A stretch of 64,000 bases of DNA from Eukaryota sp. TZLM1-RC (taxonomy: Eukaryota > Protista > Metamonada: BaSk clade), in assembly GCA_040285825.1 (NCBI GenBank), contig JAUPSS010000004.1, positions 3,727,658 through 3,791,657 on the forward strand, written 5' to 3'. A model generated the notes under the pieces. The model was not told where the DNA came from, did not search any database, and saw nothing but the letters and a program-made list of their open reading frames with translations. Positions within the stretch are counted from its first letter, which is position 1. Each line of letters begins with the position of its first letter. A program made the position numbers and the translations under genes. This document shows, one piece after another, positions 1 through 10,997 of the stretch.

Positions 1-810
1 TTCGGACAAGCCATTTCAGTTTTACTGAACCTTTTCATTCATACTTTCTTACCACAGTGATTGTTGTTTATTTCAACTCAGTTGTATGTAAGGTCCACTG
101 TCTAGCATCTATGATGACTTATTCTTTCCCCGTCAAATCGACTATGTTGACTTATCGGACAAGCCATATTTGCTACTGACTAATTCATTTATTTGGCCTA
201 ATCTCAGTTATCTCAATGTAGATTGTGAAAATAAATTTGTATTTAAGTTCTTCATCAACCCATTCATCAAACACATATTGTACTAAAAAACAAAAGTAAA
301 ACAATAGTTACTGTTCGATATGAAAATGACTATATGGATTAAGTAAACTTATTCTATGAAGACAATAATAAATTCTTGTCGAAACCAATGTAATTGTTTC
401 AATTTTATCAAAAATAATTTGAAACAACTTTTTGTGTGATTCACATGCTTACTGGTCTTGTGTTTTCCATCCTGTTATGAATCGACAACAAATAATTTAA
501 CTGTTTCGATTGTACTGTTGGAAGCTAGAAGCGGTTAAGAAATATATTTCAAATTAAGCAAAACAAAGGGGATGGTGAACTCTCCAAGATGGTGAACTAT
601 GCATTTTGTCTATAAGATTGATATTGTGTGGATATCTGGGAAAACAATAATTCTCATCATTGAAATTTATTTCTTGAATTTTTGAGAAAAACTAAAATTG
701 ATCTAATCAAAAGAAAAGTAACCAGGAGATGGTGAATCACTGAAAGACTCACAATGATAATTCAAATCACTAATAATACTGAAAAAAACAACCCATCTAT
801 TAAATAACAA

Positions 811-1146
811 TTAATTATTGACTTTAAACGTGTATTCACACTTAAGACAGGTATAAAAGACTGTCGCACCTTCATCAACACCTCTCATTTGCAATGTACG
901 GAAAGACATTCTATCATGACCACATTCAGGGCACTGTTCATCTATAACAGCATCCTGCCTTTGTGGTTCAGCATTTGCGTCTTCAAAACTGTAAGCAAAA
1001 GGTTTAAGATTAGAATGAATGACAGTTTTTTGAAGAACTCCATCAGTAGCTGGTGGCATACTCTTACAACAGGGACAATGTAGAACACCAGAAGAACCAA
1101 GTTGGAAAAGGGTACCACATGTTTCACAGAAGAGTGAAAGAGTCAT
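811..1146 (-). CDS. RPA12: RNA polymerase I subunit A12 (111 aa)
   Basis: N-terminal Zn ribbon FCETCG...CPCC and C-terminal TFIIS-like ribbon CPECGH...LQMRGVDEGATVFYTCLKC. Likely start is the ATG at 1146 (MTLSLFC), not 1233. Confidence 0.9.
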   Translation of the reverse strand: MTLSLFCETCGTLFQLGSSGVLHCPCCKSMPPATDGVLQKTVIHSNLKPFAYSFEDANAEPQRQDAVIDEQCPECGHDRMSFRTLQMRGVDEGATVFYTCLKCEYTFKVNN

Positions 1147-1239
1147 TATAGGTATTTTGTTTAGTGGTGTTTGAGTGAATGGACTGTGAGTGCAAATCCT
1201 AATGCATTTACCAAACCCACATTGGAAATCCATTCTTCA

Positions 1240-2483
1240 TTTCAACTCCAGACACTATTGAGCTGCCACATCGTTTAAGATGGACTGATATTTTCTTCTA
1301 CAGAGATCTTCTTGACTACTCCCTTTTTAGTTCCTCCCTAGCTTCTTTTAGCATCCAATGAAAATGTGCTTGTTTAAGGAACTTGCGACCGACATTGATG
1401 GTTGACGTTTTCCCTTCCTTGTATCTCCTATCGAACTCCAGTCACCATAACTAATAACTACATCTTCTGGGGAGTCAAAGGTCAATTTGAGTCTTTCCAA
1501 CATGTTTTTTTTTCACTTCGAATATGTTTGAATTTTCCTTTTCTGAACCATACATTTGGGTAAAAATTATTCATATGAACATTGCTCAAATTCCTTGATG
1601 TAATGACCAAAATGTTGACTGAAACAAGATTTTTGTTGTCTGTTTGAGACAGATAAAGAAAATTGATTTGAATATCCTGACCTGAGTAATCACCATCAGG
1701 TAATTGTCCTTTCCAATTTTCTTTTTTTCGTTCAACGCTTTTTGGTACTTTTTCTGTCAAATTGGCGTTCACCAGCAGTTTTTTTGAACGTGTTCCACTA
1801 GTGTTTGGGTTTCAGCCGTGCATAATCAGAGTCAGGGTTAGAATAGATTGATAGATTTTGTTATTTTTTCTTTCTTTTTTTATACCTTTGCTTTTTTTGC
1901 TTCTGATTTCTGGAAGTTGTCTTTTTTTATAGAACTCATTTTGTGAAATTTGTTCTGGGGGTAATAGTTACAGTAGGATTTGGAGAAACACATTGCATTA
2001 AATTGTGATCGTTAGGGTCAATGGTAACTATTCTTTTATCTTTTGACTTCATTATTTCGATATTTTCAGCAGACAAAGAATGTATGTTTCGCTCTGGTAC
2101 GATGTCTTAAAAGTAAAATTCTTGAAAACATTCCCATTTTCATCAATCAGGTCTTTACGAATTAAGACCACTGAACAAGCAATCCCCTCTGTTTTATGAA
2201 TATGGTCAGTTACAATTGAGGACAATTTTAATTGAAAGCAACCTCTAGTCTCTCGTTTGTAAGAATCTAATACCTTATCAGTTAGCATTTCGGTAAAAAC
2301 TGATGATCTTATGTCATTTGCTCTTCCTTTGAACTTGCTAAACCTTTCATTGAGCGAATGAGTATCGAGTCTTATATGCTGTGGAATCAATGTAGTTGTC
2401 AATGGATAAGGATTACTGACTGTAAGGAATGGAGATGATTTCTTGTTTGGATTTAATACAGTGACCGTCCTTTCCGTACTCAT
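1240..2483 (-). pseudogene. Degenerate Fanzor1-type (TnpB-like) nuclease remnant
   Basis: Ordered motifs across frameshifts: YPLTTTLIPQHIRLDT, TEGIACSVVLIRKDL (TDG-like), RuvC-I KRIVTIDPND (~2010-2040), NNFYPNVWFRK, FDSPEDVVISYGDWS (~1435-1480). C-terminus decayed. Confidence 0.72.
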
Positions 2484-2874
2484 GGATTTTTACAGTGCCT
2501 TTGATCTAATTGGTTTCTTATTATCATGATTACAAAGCTACATAATCCATGTGATGCCTACATCCCTATCCCAATAGACATCAGTTGTTATATCTCAATT
2601 AACATGTTGTTATGGCGGGTTGAACGCGTCCAGATCCAGTTAATGTCCAAGGTTAATTTTGTTAAAATGTCAGAATTCTCTAAAACGAGACCCAGCTTGT
2701 CAATCCAATATATATAAATTTATTTCATTTCCCCAATAGAAAAAGCAAAAGCAACACAATTAAATTATTATTTATTGCTACAACATTAGCATCTACAACA
2801 TCAAGATGGCTTTTCCTATACTATTCTTTTCAATACAACCATTTTTCAAATAAAAGTTTGTTATTGAACAACTC

Positions 2875-4262
2875 ATAAATCAACATCTAAATAATCCATC
2901 TCTCCCACAACAAAACAACTAGATGCAACTCTCTCATAGTGAAATCCAAGAGAAAGCAAAGCATCAGAAACCAACTTCAACATCCCCTTAAAAATAGAAA
3001 ACACAATGCTATTTATTTTTTAAATCTTCTATAAGTCTTTTTCTTCACAGTCATTTCAAAAGCTGCCAAAAACCGTATAGCAGTAGGAGCAGGTAAACCA
3101 AATAGAGAAAATACAAATGGATACAAATTGTATTTTGCATGCTGTTGGGTAGACAATTTGGACAAAAGTTCACTCTATTTTTTGATTTTGAAAATTACAG
3201 CAATTGAAAAAGGGTTAGGAATTTAAGAATTAGCAAGCCTTTCACTTGAGACATAACAAGGATCAACAGACATTACATCCAATAAAATGAAGGTTCCATC
3301 TAAACCAGGTAATATGACACCACCTCTGTTATTCTTACGAAAATCATCTTCAGCATCAAACAGATTTGACAGCAGAGGTTCCGAAAAAGATTCAATTCTA
3401 TGAGATTTACACATGCAATATAATTGGTCACTTTCAGCATCGTGAATCTTGCTTCTAAAAGTAATAAAATGTTCACAATTTAACAAATGGGTAATTGTAA
3501 TTCTTCGAAAACATTTACAAATTAAATTATGAGGCAAAATATCAGGCCAGATAAAGAAACGAAATCTCATATTCAAAGTCCAGGCAGAATCAGTCAACAG
3601 AGTGCCATAACCTTGAGGAATTGTTGCTAATAAGGCAGAAGATGTACTATCACACATATCTTGTAAAAGATTTACAAAAGCGGGATTCTTTTTCTTGGCC
3701 AAGCCAAGTCTGACATCAAAATCCAAGCTTTCGAAAATTTTTCACAATTTTTGTTGAAGCTTTTTACAGCAAAACTGCGAATTAAAAAGAGATTGGTTTG
3801 GAATTTCTTGAATTGATTGGGGAAAACATTTGATCCAGATTTGCGGTGGCAAATTTTCGAACTCACAAGATAACTCGTTCAAACATTGACTGGAATTTGT
3901 AACTAACAGATGGGAATCATCAGGAAATCTACGAGAAAATTCATGAATAGAATTCTTGCCTTCCTCCCAAAAATGCTGATTGGCACAAAATAGAAGATTT
4001 AGTAAATCCAATACCACCCAAATTTGCTGCAGAAAATAAGTGAATTTTCAACATTCCTGGCTCAACATCCAATAAATCAGCAAAAAATTCTATTCTCAAT
4101 CAAATAATGGAACGACAAAAATCTAATGTTATGGAGGGGGAACTAGATCTCAAAATGTGGGTTATTCTCCCAGTGTAGCAAATCTTAAGCATAAAAAACT
4201 TGATATGTTTTTCTAAATCCAAAGAAGAAACTAAATCAAGTTCAAGTTTCATTTTTTCCACA
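2875..4262 (-). mobile_element. 5'-truncated RLE-type non-LTR retrotransposon, family A (degenerate)
   Basis: Clear similarity to the 34-42 kb element (GGIG, LICKC...HLLNC, HDA, LLDVMSVDP, YLDVDL), with several frameshifts. Confidence 0.85.
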
Positions 4263-5418
4263 AAACTCCTTCAACAGTAAATCCTTCAACCAAATTGTCG
4301 TTTGAAGCATCTCATTTATCAAATTCAACATTATGTTAGGAGATACCAATCGTAGCAAACACCACATTTGTCATCATAATTAAACTTGCTTAATGAAAGT
4401 ATTTCTTTAACAAAAGCTTGTCTTTTCAATTTTTAAAGGTGTTGTCCCACTTTTGTCTTCTGCTTTGTTATCTCTTGGTCGCTTTTATGAAGGAAAAAGT
4501 TCCAGTCAATTTTTGTTGGCTAACTTTGGTTATGAAGATTTAGAATTTTAGTTTGTTGTTTAGCTCTTTGAAAGTAATAAATTAAAAATTCTCCAAAAAG
4601 GCTATTTGAGCACCATATTTTTGAATTATTTCCCGTCTTCAAAGGTGTATCTGTAACAGATAAAGATAGCGAAGAAAGATGAGATAAGAAAAGAAATGAG
4701 AGTGGGATGTTTCAAGTATAATTTCAAAGAAGCAAACACTTCATTAGTGACACATAGCCCAAATATTTTTATAGTTGTAAATAGAAGTAAAGTAATAGAT
4801 TCACAACCCATTGATGATAAGTAGTGATGAATCTGATGACTTATTCTCAAGCACACCATTGTCCAATAACAAGATGAAGGTGAAGATCCAGAGCCCAACT
4901 TATCAAAAAAGATCATCTTTTTACATTATTATTGCCAACCATTTTCACAGAGTTTATATTAAATTAATGTAGCGTGATTCTTGTATATTACCATTAAGTG
5001 ATTGTGGGAAGCATTCGAGAATTTCAGTAAGTTATTCTTTTAAATATTTCTTCAACAATTTCTTGGGCACTAAAGAGTCACTTGTTTTAAAATCTTTTTT
5101 GGGTTTGGCTGCTACTTGTTTTTATTAAGTCAACAAATGAAACCATTTTACTAGTTTTAGACAAACCACATTTGTTTTTGGGATCTGTACTTTGATGGGA
5201 GCCATTAATAAACTTGTATATTCTTTGGTTTTCATCTATGTCATTTGGATATAAAACTGGTAGACACCGTCACCTTAAAACTAACTAAACATGATATGAG
5301 AATGACTGACTAATGACTGAGATGAAAAAACTATACTGTAAATGCACAAATTTTCATAATTAAAAAACAGTTTATAACAATACAATCTAATTAAATTAAA
5401 TTTAATTAAATTAATTAA

Positions 5419-8400
5419 TTAAATTTCGCAAATAGACACATCATGATCTCCAAATGCCATGAGAGTAAATCCATTTTCACAATTTGCATCAAAAGTACAC
5501 GGTACGATGGTGTACGATCCATTAGCTTCGACATCAATTTCTTTAAACACTTCCCTCAAATTAATAAATGACGTTTTGGCAAAGAAGTTGGTATTAGTGA
5601 CTGCAGAGATTCTATTACCACCAGCTTGACAGACATAGAAACCGATATGATGAGGCTCCTCCCCCAACATCCTTCTATCATCTTGTCTGAGCACGATACC
5701 ACATTTACCAGGTCCTGAGCAACTCAGCACGAATTGGGGATTTGATTTAAAAGTGTCTCGATTCTTGGCTGTTTGACACCCTCCAGCTGTGAAAGGATTT
5801 CTAGTCCAAGCTGATTGAATCCTAGCTTCATAAGAGTTGGTAAAGAATCTGCAAATGTACAAGGTGGAAAAATGAACAACAAAGTCGCTAAACTCCATCC
5901 AAAAGGTACCATCATCTTCTGCTTTCATATCCAGTCTCTTCTTCAACTTTGAAGTCCATTTGGGACAATGATCAGAGTACGCTCCATTCCACTCAGTCCT
6001 GCCCCAGGGATTACGAAGTTGAATCAATTGTAATCCTCTTTCAGGTTCAGCAACTCTATGAATAGAATACGCATGACCTTGCACAATGCCGAAATCAGAG
6101 GTGTCAGTGTCACTTCCAGATGGAGATCCTGCACCCAAGAGATAACCAGACTCCATGTAATTAACAACCTTTCTCCAAAAAGCGCCCGAAGCTATATCAG
6201 ATTTAGTTTCCTTAGAAGTAAATTTAATAGAATCAGCAATACCTCCTGTAAGATCTGATAATCCAATCGAAACTTGACCACCTTCAATGGCTTCATAGGT
6301 TCCATGAAGCTTGGCGTAACCCTTTTCAATGAGAGCAGGGAACATTTCTTGTGGTTGAGAAGAATGAGCAAAAGCAGGACGGCCATCAGATCTAAGCGGA
6401 AGATAGTCATCAATTGCGATATAGGTCCAAGTACAGTTTTTGTGAAACCTTAAAACATACATCCCATTAGATCCATAATCCCGGACAAACATTGAAGTAA
6501 CAAGGTTTGGCTTTGTGCAAATGACGGCAATAGCTGAAATTAACCAACAATCGCCCAAAACTCCTTGCTTGACATGATCACATGAAGGATCTCCCTTGAA
6601 AATGGTTGAATTATGACCCACACGTGACCAATTTGAACTCCTCAATCTAGTTGCAACAGATCTGCCTGCAATAGCATCACCTGCAGGGAAATCTGAATCA
6701 GAAAACTTTTGGCCACCTTGTTTTAATTTCGAAGCAAGGTTATCAAACTGAGCTACTACTGGATTATCTTGTTTCTTGACGACTTCTTTTTCCTTCTTTG
6801 GTGCTTTTCCTTTCTTTTTCTTTCTTCCCAAGAGTAACTTTCTTCTTCTTTCTTGCTCATTTTGTTGTTGTTGGAATCTGCTTGACCTTTCGTCATCATC
6901 GTGATCAACATTGGAAGGAACTGGGACCTGAGGAGGAGAGGGTAACACTGAGTTGGGGTTGGGGTTAGGCTCAGGTTGAGGTCTAGGAGATGGTTGAGAT
7001 GGTTGAGGTCTAGGAGATGGTTGAGAAATGGGGGTTGGTTGAGGGTTAGGGTTGACAACATTTCTTCTTCTTCGTTCAATTTCCTCCTCCTCCCTTCTTC
7101 TTTTCTCTTCTTCTTGTTCAGCAGCTCTCCTCTGACTCATCCACTTTTCCATATCAGCAATCAAAGAAGCCCTTTGGCTTGGATCAAGACCTGCTACATC
7201 CTTGGCAGTAAGATCAGAACGTCCCGTAGAAGCCAGGAAGAGTGAGAGGTTGTTGAGTAATGAAAATTCATTGGCATCGGCAGCTTGAATCAACTTTACC
7301 GAAATTTTCAAAACAGTAGAGACATCACCTTGGAACAAATTGGTAAACTTATTGTACAAACTCCATGGAACTTCATCATCAGAACCATCCTCAATTGCTT
7401 CAAGATACTTGACTGCAAACTCTCCCCATGAAGGCTTCCAAGATCCACCATCCAGGCATTCTTCTGCCAAATTTTCACTGACAACACTAGAAGAGATCAA
7501 GTGAGCTTTGCTACCTAATAAATGAGGAGCCAAGGTAACGGAGCTCCCAACTACATTAGCTAAAAGAAGGACAGCAACACCTGCAACAATTAAAGGACCA
7601 TAAACGTAGTACTCCATCCAAAGAGAGGCAAAAGTTCCCCATAAGGTAAGGATCACAAACCCCAAAACGGAAAGTAACTTCGGCAGATTAACAGTTAAAA
7701 ACTGACCATTGTCAGTCAAACAGAAAGAGGGAAACAGCCAAGGGGATGACACCACTGGTGAGGAGGTGTTGATTGGTTTTAGAGAGAATGAGTAAAGGAA
7801 GCAAACACCAATAATGATAAACAAACACAATGAACTTCCCCAAAAAATACCCTCTCCTCTACCCCCGACATAGAGGGCAATGATGGTAGCGATAGCAGTG
7901 TAAATGAAGGTATATGTCTTCAGTGAAGGAGGGAAATAACCTTGCTGGCGAATATTAAAAGCAATAAATGAAATAAAAAGAATTGAATACAACACACCTA
8001 AAACGGAAGCTCCAAAGTACCAAGGACTAAAGAAGAAAGTCAACAGAATTCCGTAAACAGTAAATAAACCAAGTCCAATGGAAAATGTAACCAATGTGGA
8101 CTTTGCTGGCTGGAAGGAACGATCGTAAAAGTCATAAAGAGAGAAGCATAGTAGAATGAGGGGAGGAAGGCACGTGAAAACAATCAAAATGATTGGACCG
8201 GTTTGAGTGGATCCAAAATAGGAAACTGACCCCCAGATCATGTGGATGATCACAGCTGATAGACACAAAAGTAGTTCTTGCTTTGGCCTGAAATTCAATG
8301 TTTTAAAGAACGAAACAAAAGCATAACCAATCAAGACACCTTCAAAAAGGAACGTCATAACTGAATAGCCAACAAACAAAGGTTTGACAGTAAACATTAA

Positions 8401-9888
8401 GCAACCAGCGTAAATTAAAGAAACAAATAATGGAGAAAAGAGAATTAACAAAGGCTTCATCGCCTCATTTCCTGAAATAATAACATTATTATTGAACTCC
8501 CAGAAAAAGTAGACATAAACCAGAGAAAATAACAAAGGAAAAGTGAATAACAAAGTAAAAGTGTTGATATAACTTCCGGTAAGCATCCATAAAGGAAACC
8601 CTAATAAAGAAGTACCTAAATAACAACAAAGAGGAACCATAATCGATTTAGAAAGACAGTTAGTGTTCTTGTACTGTCTAATGAAGAACAAAAGAGCAAA
8701 TGTCCAAATGGAGAGTATTACAACACTGAATAGTGATACCACACCAAAGATGTACTGCTCATGATCTTGTCGTAGCATAGAGATTAAGGGGAAGTTTAAG
8801 TTCAGCATGACCACAATCTCTCCAACAAATGCAAAGAAGAGCAAGACTACCATAGTCATTGGATGATGAAGCGTAGGAAGAGAAGAAACCCATACGATTG
8901 GACGGTTACCAGTTGCTTCGTTTGACTTGGTCATTGACTTGAGCGCGGCCTCTGTGGACTCAGTGGACAAGGGAAACCGTTTGAAGAAATAGGAGAGAGA
9001 ACCAGCAGTGAGAATGATAAAGGAAAGCAGAGTATGACCTAGGAAGAAGTAGTCTGGTCCGGGAAGGATGAGGGCCAATCGGGAAAGGAAAAGAACAAAG
9101 ATTAGGGTAGTCGGAGAGGACCATTTGTGAAGGAAAGAAAGAAAGTCAAGAAGAATGATGGCCCCCAAAGAGAAGAAGGAAAAAGCTGGATGGCGGTCTT
9201 CAAGAGTCAAGGAAACTAGATCAAAAATGATTAAAACAATGATTGAAGCACCCCAGAGAACCAATGATCTTTTGTTCATAACACCAGTGAATGAAGGGGA
9301 AGATTTGGATGAGATGACGGAGACTGGATCTACTCTTGGGAAGGGGAGGGAAGCATAGACAGCAGCAGAGAGGAAGAGCATGTTGATGATAGCAAAGCCA
9401 AGATAGAAGGTGCGATAATTGGTAAAAGAAGGGTGTAAAAACGAAGGAATGATGAACTGAAGAGCAAGGAGAAGAACAGTGGTTGAGAGCAGAATCTTGA
9501 AGGACTTTGATGTGAAGAACCCATTCATGAAGAACAAACCCATGGTGACGAACAAGAAGTATGAGAACGAGCATATGAGCGCAAGATTAGTGGCAGACAG
9601 GGTCGGTTCAACATAACGATGGAGGTTCGAAGCATAGAGTCCAATGACCACGATGGGGGCTAGTAATACAATATAGGAAACACACGAGAGTATGATAAGA
9701 CGTGCTGAACGGTTACTAATCAGTCCTGATAACGTTTTCTGATGAGCCCAATACCATTTTACTGCGCCAACACGGAATCTGACACAGTAAAGAAGAACGG
9801 AAGCCATGATCAAACTAAAGAACAATATCGGAGCATACAGCTTTGACACATCCCAAAAGGCATCATAATCCAATTGATCAATCAACAT
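5419..9888 (-). CDS. Large multi-pass transmembrane calpain (TML/DEK1-like architecture), ~1490 aa
   Basis: ~800 aa with about 20 hydrophobic segments, then a coiled/Pro-rich linker, a CysPc domain with triad QGVLGDCW / GHAYSI / LRNPWG, and C-terminal calpain domain III (AGGC...NPQF...YTIVPCTF). Start is uncertain (9888 or 9933). Confidence 0.9.
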   Translation of the reverse strand: MLIDQLDYDAFWDVSKLYAPILFFSLIMASVLLYCVRFRVGAVKWYWAHQKTLSGLISNRSARLIILSCVSYIVLLAPIVVIGLYASNLHRYVEPTLSATNLALICSFSYFLFVTMGLFFMNGFFTSKSFKILLSTTVLLLALQFIIPSFLHPSFTNYRTFYLGFAIINMLFLSAAVYASLPFPRVDPVSVISSKSSPSFTGVMNKRSLVLWGASIIVLIIFDLVSLTLEDRHPAFSFFSLGAIILLDFLSFLHKWSSPTTLIFVLFLSRLALILPGPDYFFLGHTLLSFIILTAGSLSYFFKRFPLSTESTEAALKSMTKSNEATGNRPIVWVSSLPTLHHPMTMVVLLFFAFVGEIVVMLNLNFPLISMLRQDHEQYIFGVVSLFSVVILSIWTFALLFFIRQYKNTNCLSKSIMVPLCCYLGTSLLGFPLWMLTGSYINTFTLLFTFPLLFSLVYVYFFWEFNNNVIISGNEAMKPLLILFSPLFVSLIYAGCLMFTVKPLFVGYSVMTFLFEGVLIGYAFVSFFKTLNFRPKQELLLCLSAVIIHMIWGSVSYFGSTQTGPIILIVFTCLPPLILLCFSLYDFYDRSFQPAKSTLVTFSIGLGLFTVYGILLTFFFSPWYFGASVLGVLYSILFISFIAFNIRQQGYFPPSLKTYTFIYTAIATIIALYVGGRGEGIFWGSSLCLFIIIGVCFLYSFSLKPINTSSPVVSSPWLFPSFCLTDNGQFLTVNLPKLLSVLGFVILTLWGTFASLWMEYYVYGPLIVAGVAVLLLANVVGSSVTLAPHLLGSKAHLISSSVVSENLAEECLDGGSWKPSWGEFAVKYLEAIEDGSDDEVPWSLYNKFTNLFQGDVSTVLKISVKLIQAADANEFSLLNNLSLFLASTGRSDLTAKDVAGLDPSQRASLIADMEKWMSQRRAAEQEEEKRRREEEEIERRRRNVVNPNPQPTPISQPSPRPQPSQPSPRPQPEPNPNPNSVLPSPPQVPVPSNVDHDDDERSSRFQQQQNEQERRRKLLLGRKKKKGKAPKKEKEVVKKQDNPVVAQFDNLASKLKQGGQKFSDSDFPAGDAIAGRSVATRLRSSNWSRVGHNSTIFKGDPSCDHVKQGVLGDCWLISAIAVICTKPNLVTSMFVRDYGSNGMYVLRFHKNCTWTYIAIDDYLPLRSDGRPAFAHSSQPQEMFPALIEKGYAKLHGTYEAIEGGQVSIGLSDLTGGIADSIKFTSKETKSDIASGAFWRKVVNYMESGYLLGAGSPSGSDTDTSDFGIVQGHAYSIHRVAEPERGLQLIQLRNPWGRTEWNGAYSDHCPKWTSKLKKRLDMKAEDDGTFWMEFSDFVVHFSTLYICRFFTNSYEARIQSAWTRNPFTAGGCQTAKNRDTFKSNPQFVLSCSGPGKCGIVLRQDDRRMLGEEPHHIGFYVCQAGGNRISAVTNTNFFAKTSFINLREVFKEIDVEANGSYTIVPCTFDANCENGFTLMAFGDHDVSICEI

Positions 9889-9964
9889 GTTGTATTCATC
9901 AAACTTGAAAAAAGTAATGAAAATTATTTTCATTTCCTCCACAGCAACTGATTCTAAGTCAAAA

Positions 9965-10094
9965 CAATGGTTTTACATATGATGTTGTAGTTGAGGTTAG
10001 GGATTGGAATCCCCGAATTTATAGTAAAGGAAAAACTCCTTCCTTAAGAGGTGGAAATTTGAGAAAAATGTCACATAGTATTGAATTTAAAGTA
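9965..10094 (+). pseudogene. Fanzor1-type fragment (GDW-to-RuvC-II linker), left half of a split copy
   Basis: DNA similarity to 21060-21180 (GATTGGAATCCC...TAAGAGGTGGAAATTTGAGAAAAATG...TTGAATTTAAAGTA). Confidence 0.65.
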
Positions 10095-10800
10095 ATTATT
10101 CTCAAAAGAAAAATGTATTTGTTCGAATTCACCTCAACTCACTTTGCGCCATGCTCTGAATTGTTCTAAATTGATAACTTATCGTTCTTCATTACATGAT
10201 GCTGTTAGAGACACTGTTTTCAATATGGCACAAACTGCAAGAATTTCGTGTATCAAAGAGCCTCTGCTGAAGGAGCAACTTTCTCTGAATAATTTTGGTT
10301 CTGATGATAGAGGTGATGTATATTGTGATTGGACTAATAATTCTGAAGCTATTGTTGACTTTGTCTCATGTATTGTTGCAAATGATACTTTGGTTCACAG
10401 AAGAAAACTGAATCCTGTGAGTGCTCTTGATTTTAAAGCAAAAGAAAAACATAGAAAATATGATAAAGATATTGAAAAGGCTAATGCTGATAGAAATACA
10501 CAGCTAGTTTTTATTGCTTTCCCATTTTCGATAAATGGAAGATTATCAGATGAAGCAGAAACTTTTTTGAATGACTTCCAAAAAAGGTTCAAGAAAAAAC
10601 AATGAAAAGATTTGATATTTTTTTATGGCGTTCTCGAATTCAATTTGCCATTATTAATAGATTACCTCGGTTTTTAAATGAATAAGAGAAGCTTTAGCTA
10701 GACAGGCAGCAGATCAAGATTTTGTAGAGGAAATCTTGGTTCAATGATAGTCGTCCCATTAGTTATGAGTTAATTTAATTAAGTGTGCAAATTCAATAAA
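10095..10800 (+). mobile_element. 5'-truncated RLE non-LTR retrotransposon, family B
   Basis: Near-identical to 20020-20720. CxC...HALNC knuckle, HDAVRD, RGD/IVD endonuclease motifs; ends in CAATAAA. Confidence 0.9.
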
Positions 10801-10997
10801 TATATTTTAGGTTAAAAGGACAAACATCAGGCTTACTACAGTTGAAATTTTCTTGAGTATGCAACTTTTGAAGTTTTCAAGAGTTTCAGAATTTTCATTA
10901 GCCAAAGAAGAGGAAAACAAAGACTGTTTTGCAGCTCCATAATGACTACGTAAGCACAACTTCTAGATAATTTTTCAATTTTATTAGGTTTGATTAC

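Noticed and set aside
1-760. Short direct repeats TCGGACAAGCCAT (2, 156) and GATGGTGAAC (571, 588)
   Set aside because: Possibly transposon end motifs, but cut by the window edge and with no supporting structure.
5724-9574. Small overlapping or antisense ORFs inside the calpain (likewise inside the hexosaminidase, the 30-33 kb gene and the arrays)
   Set aside because: Shadow frames of real coding sequence.
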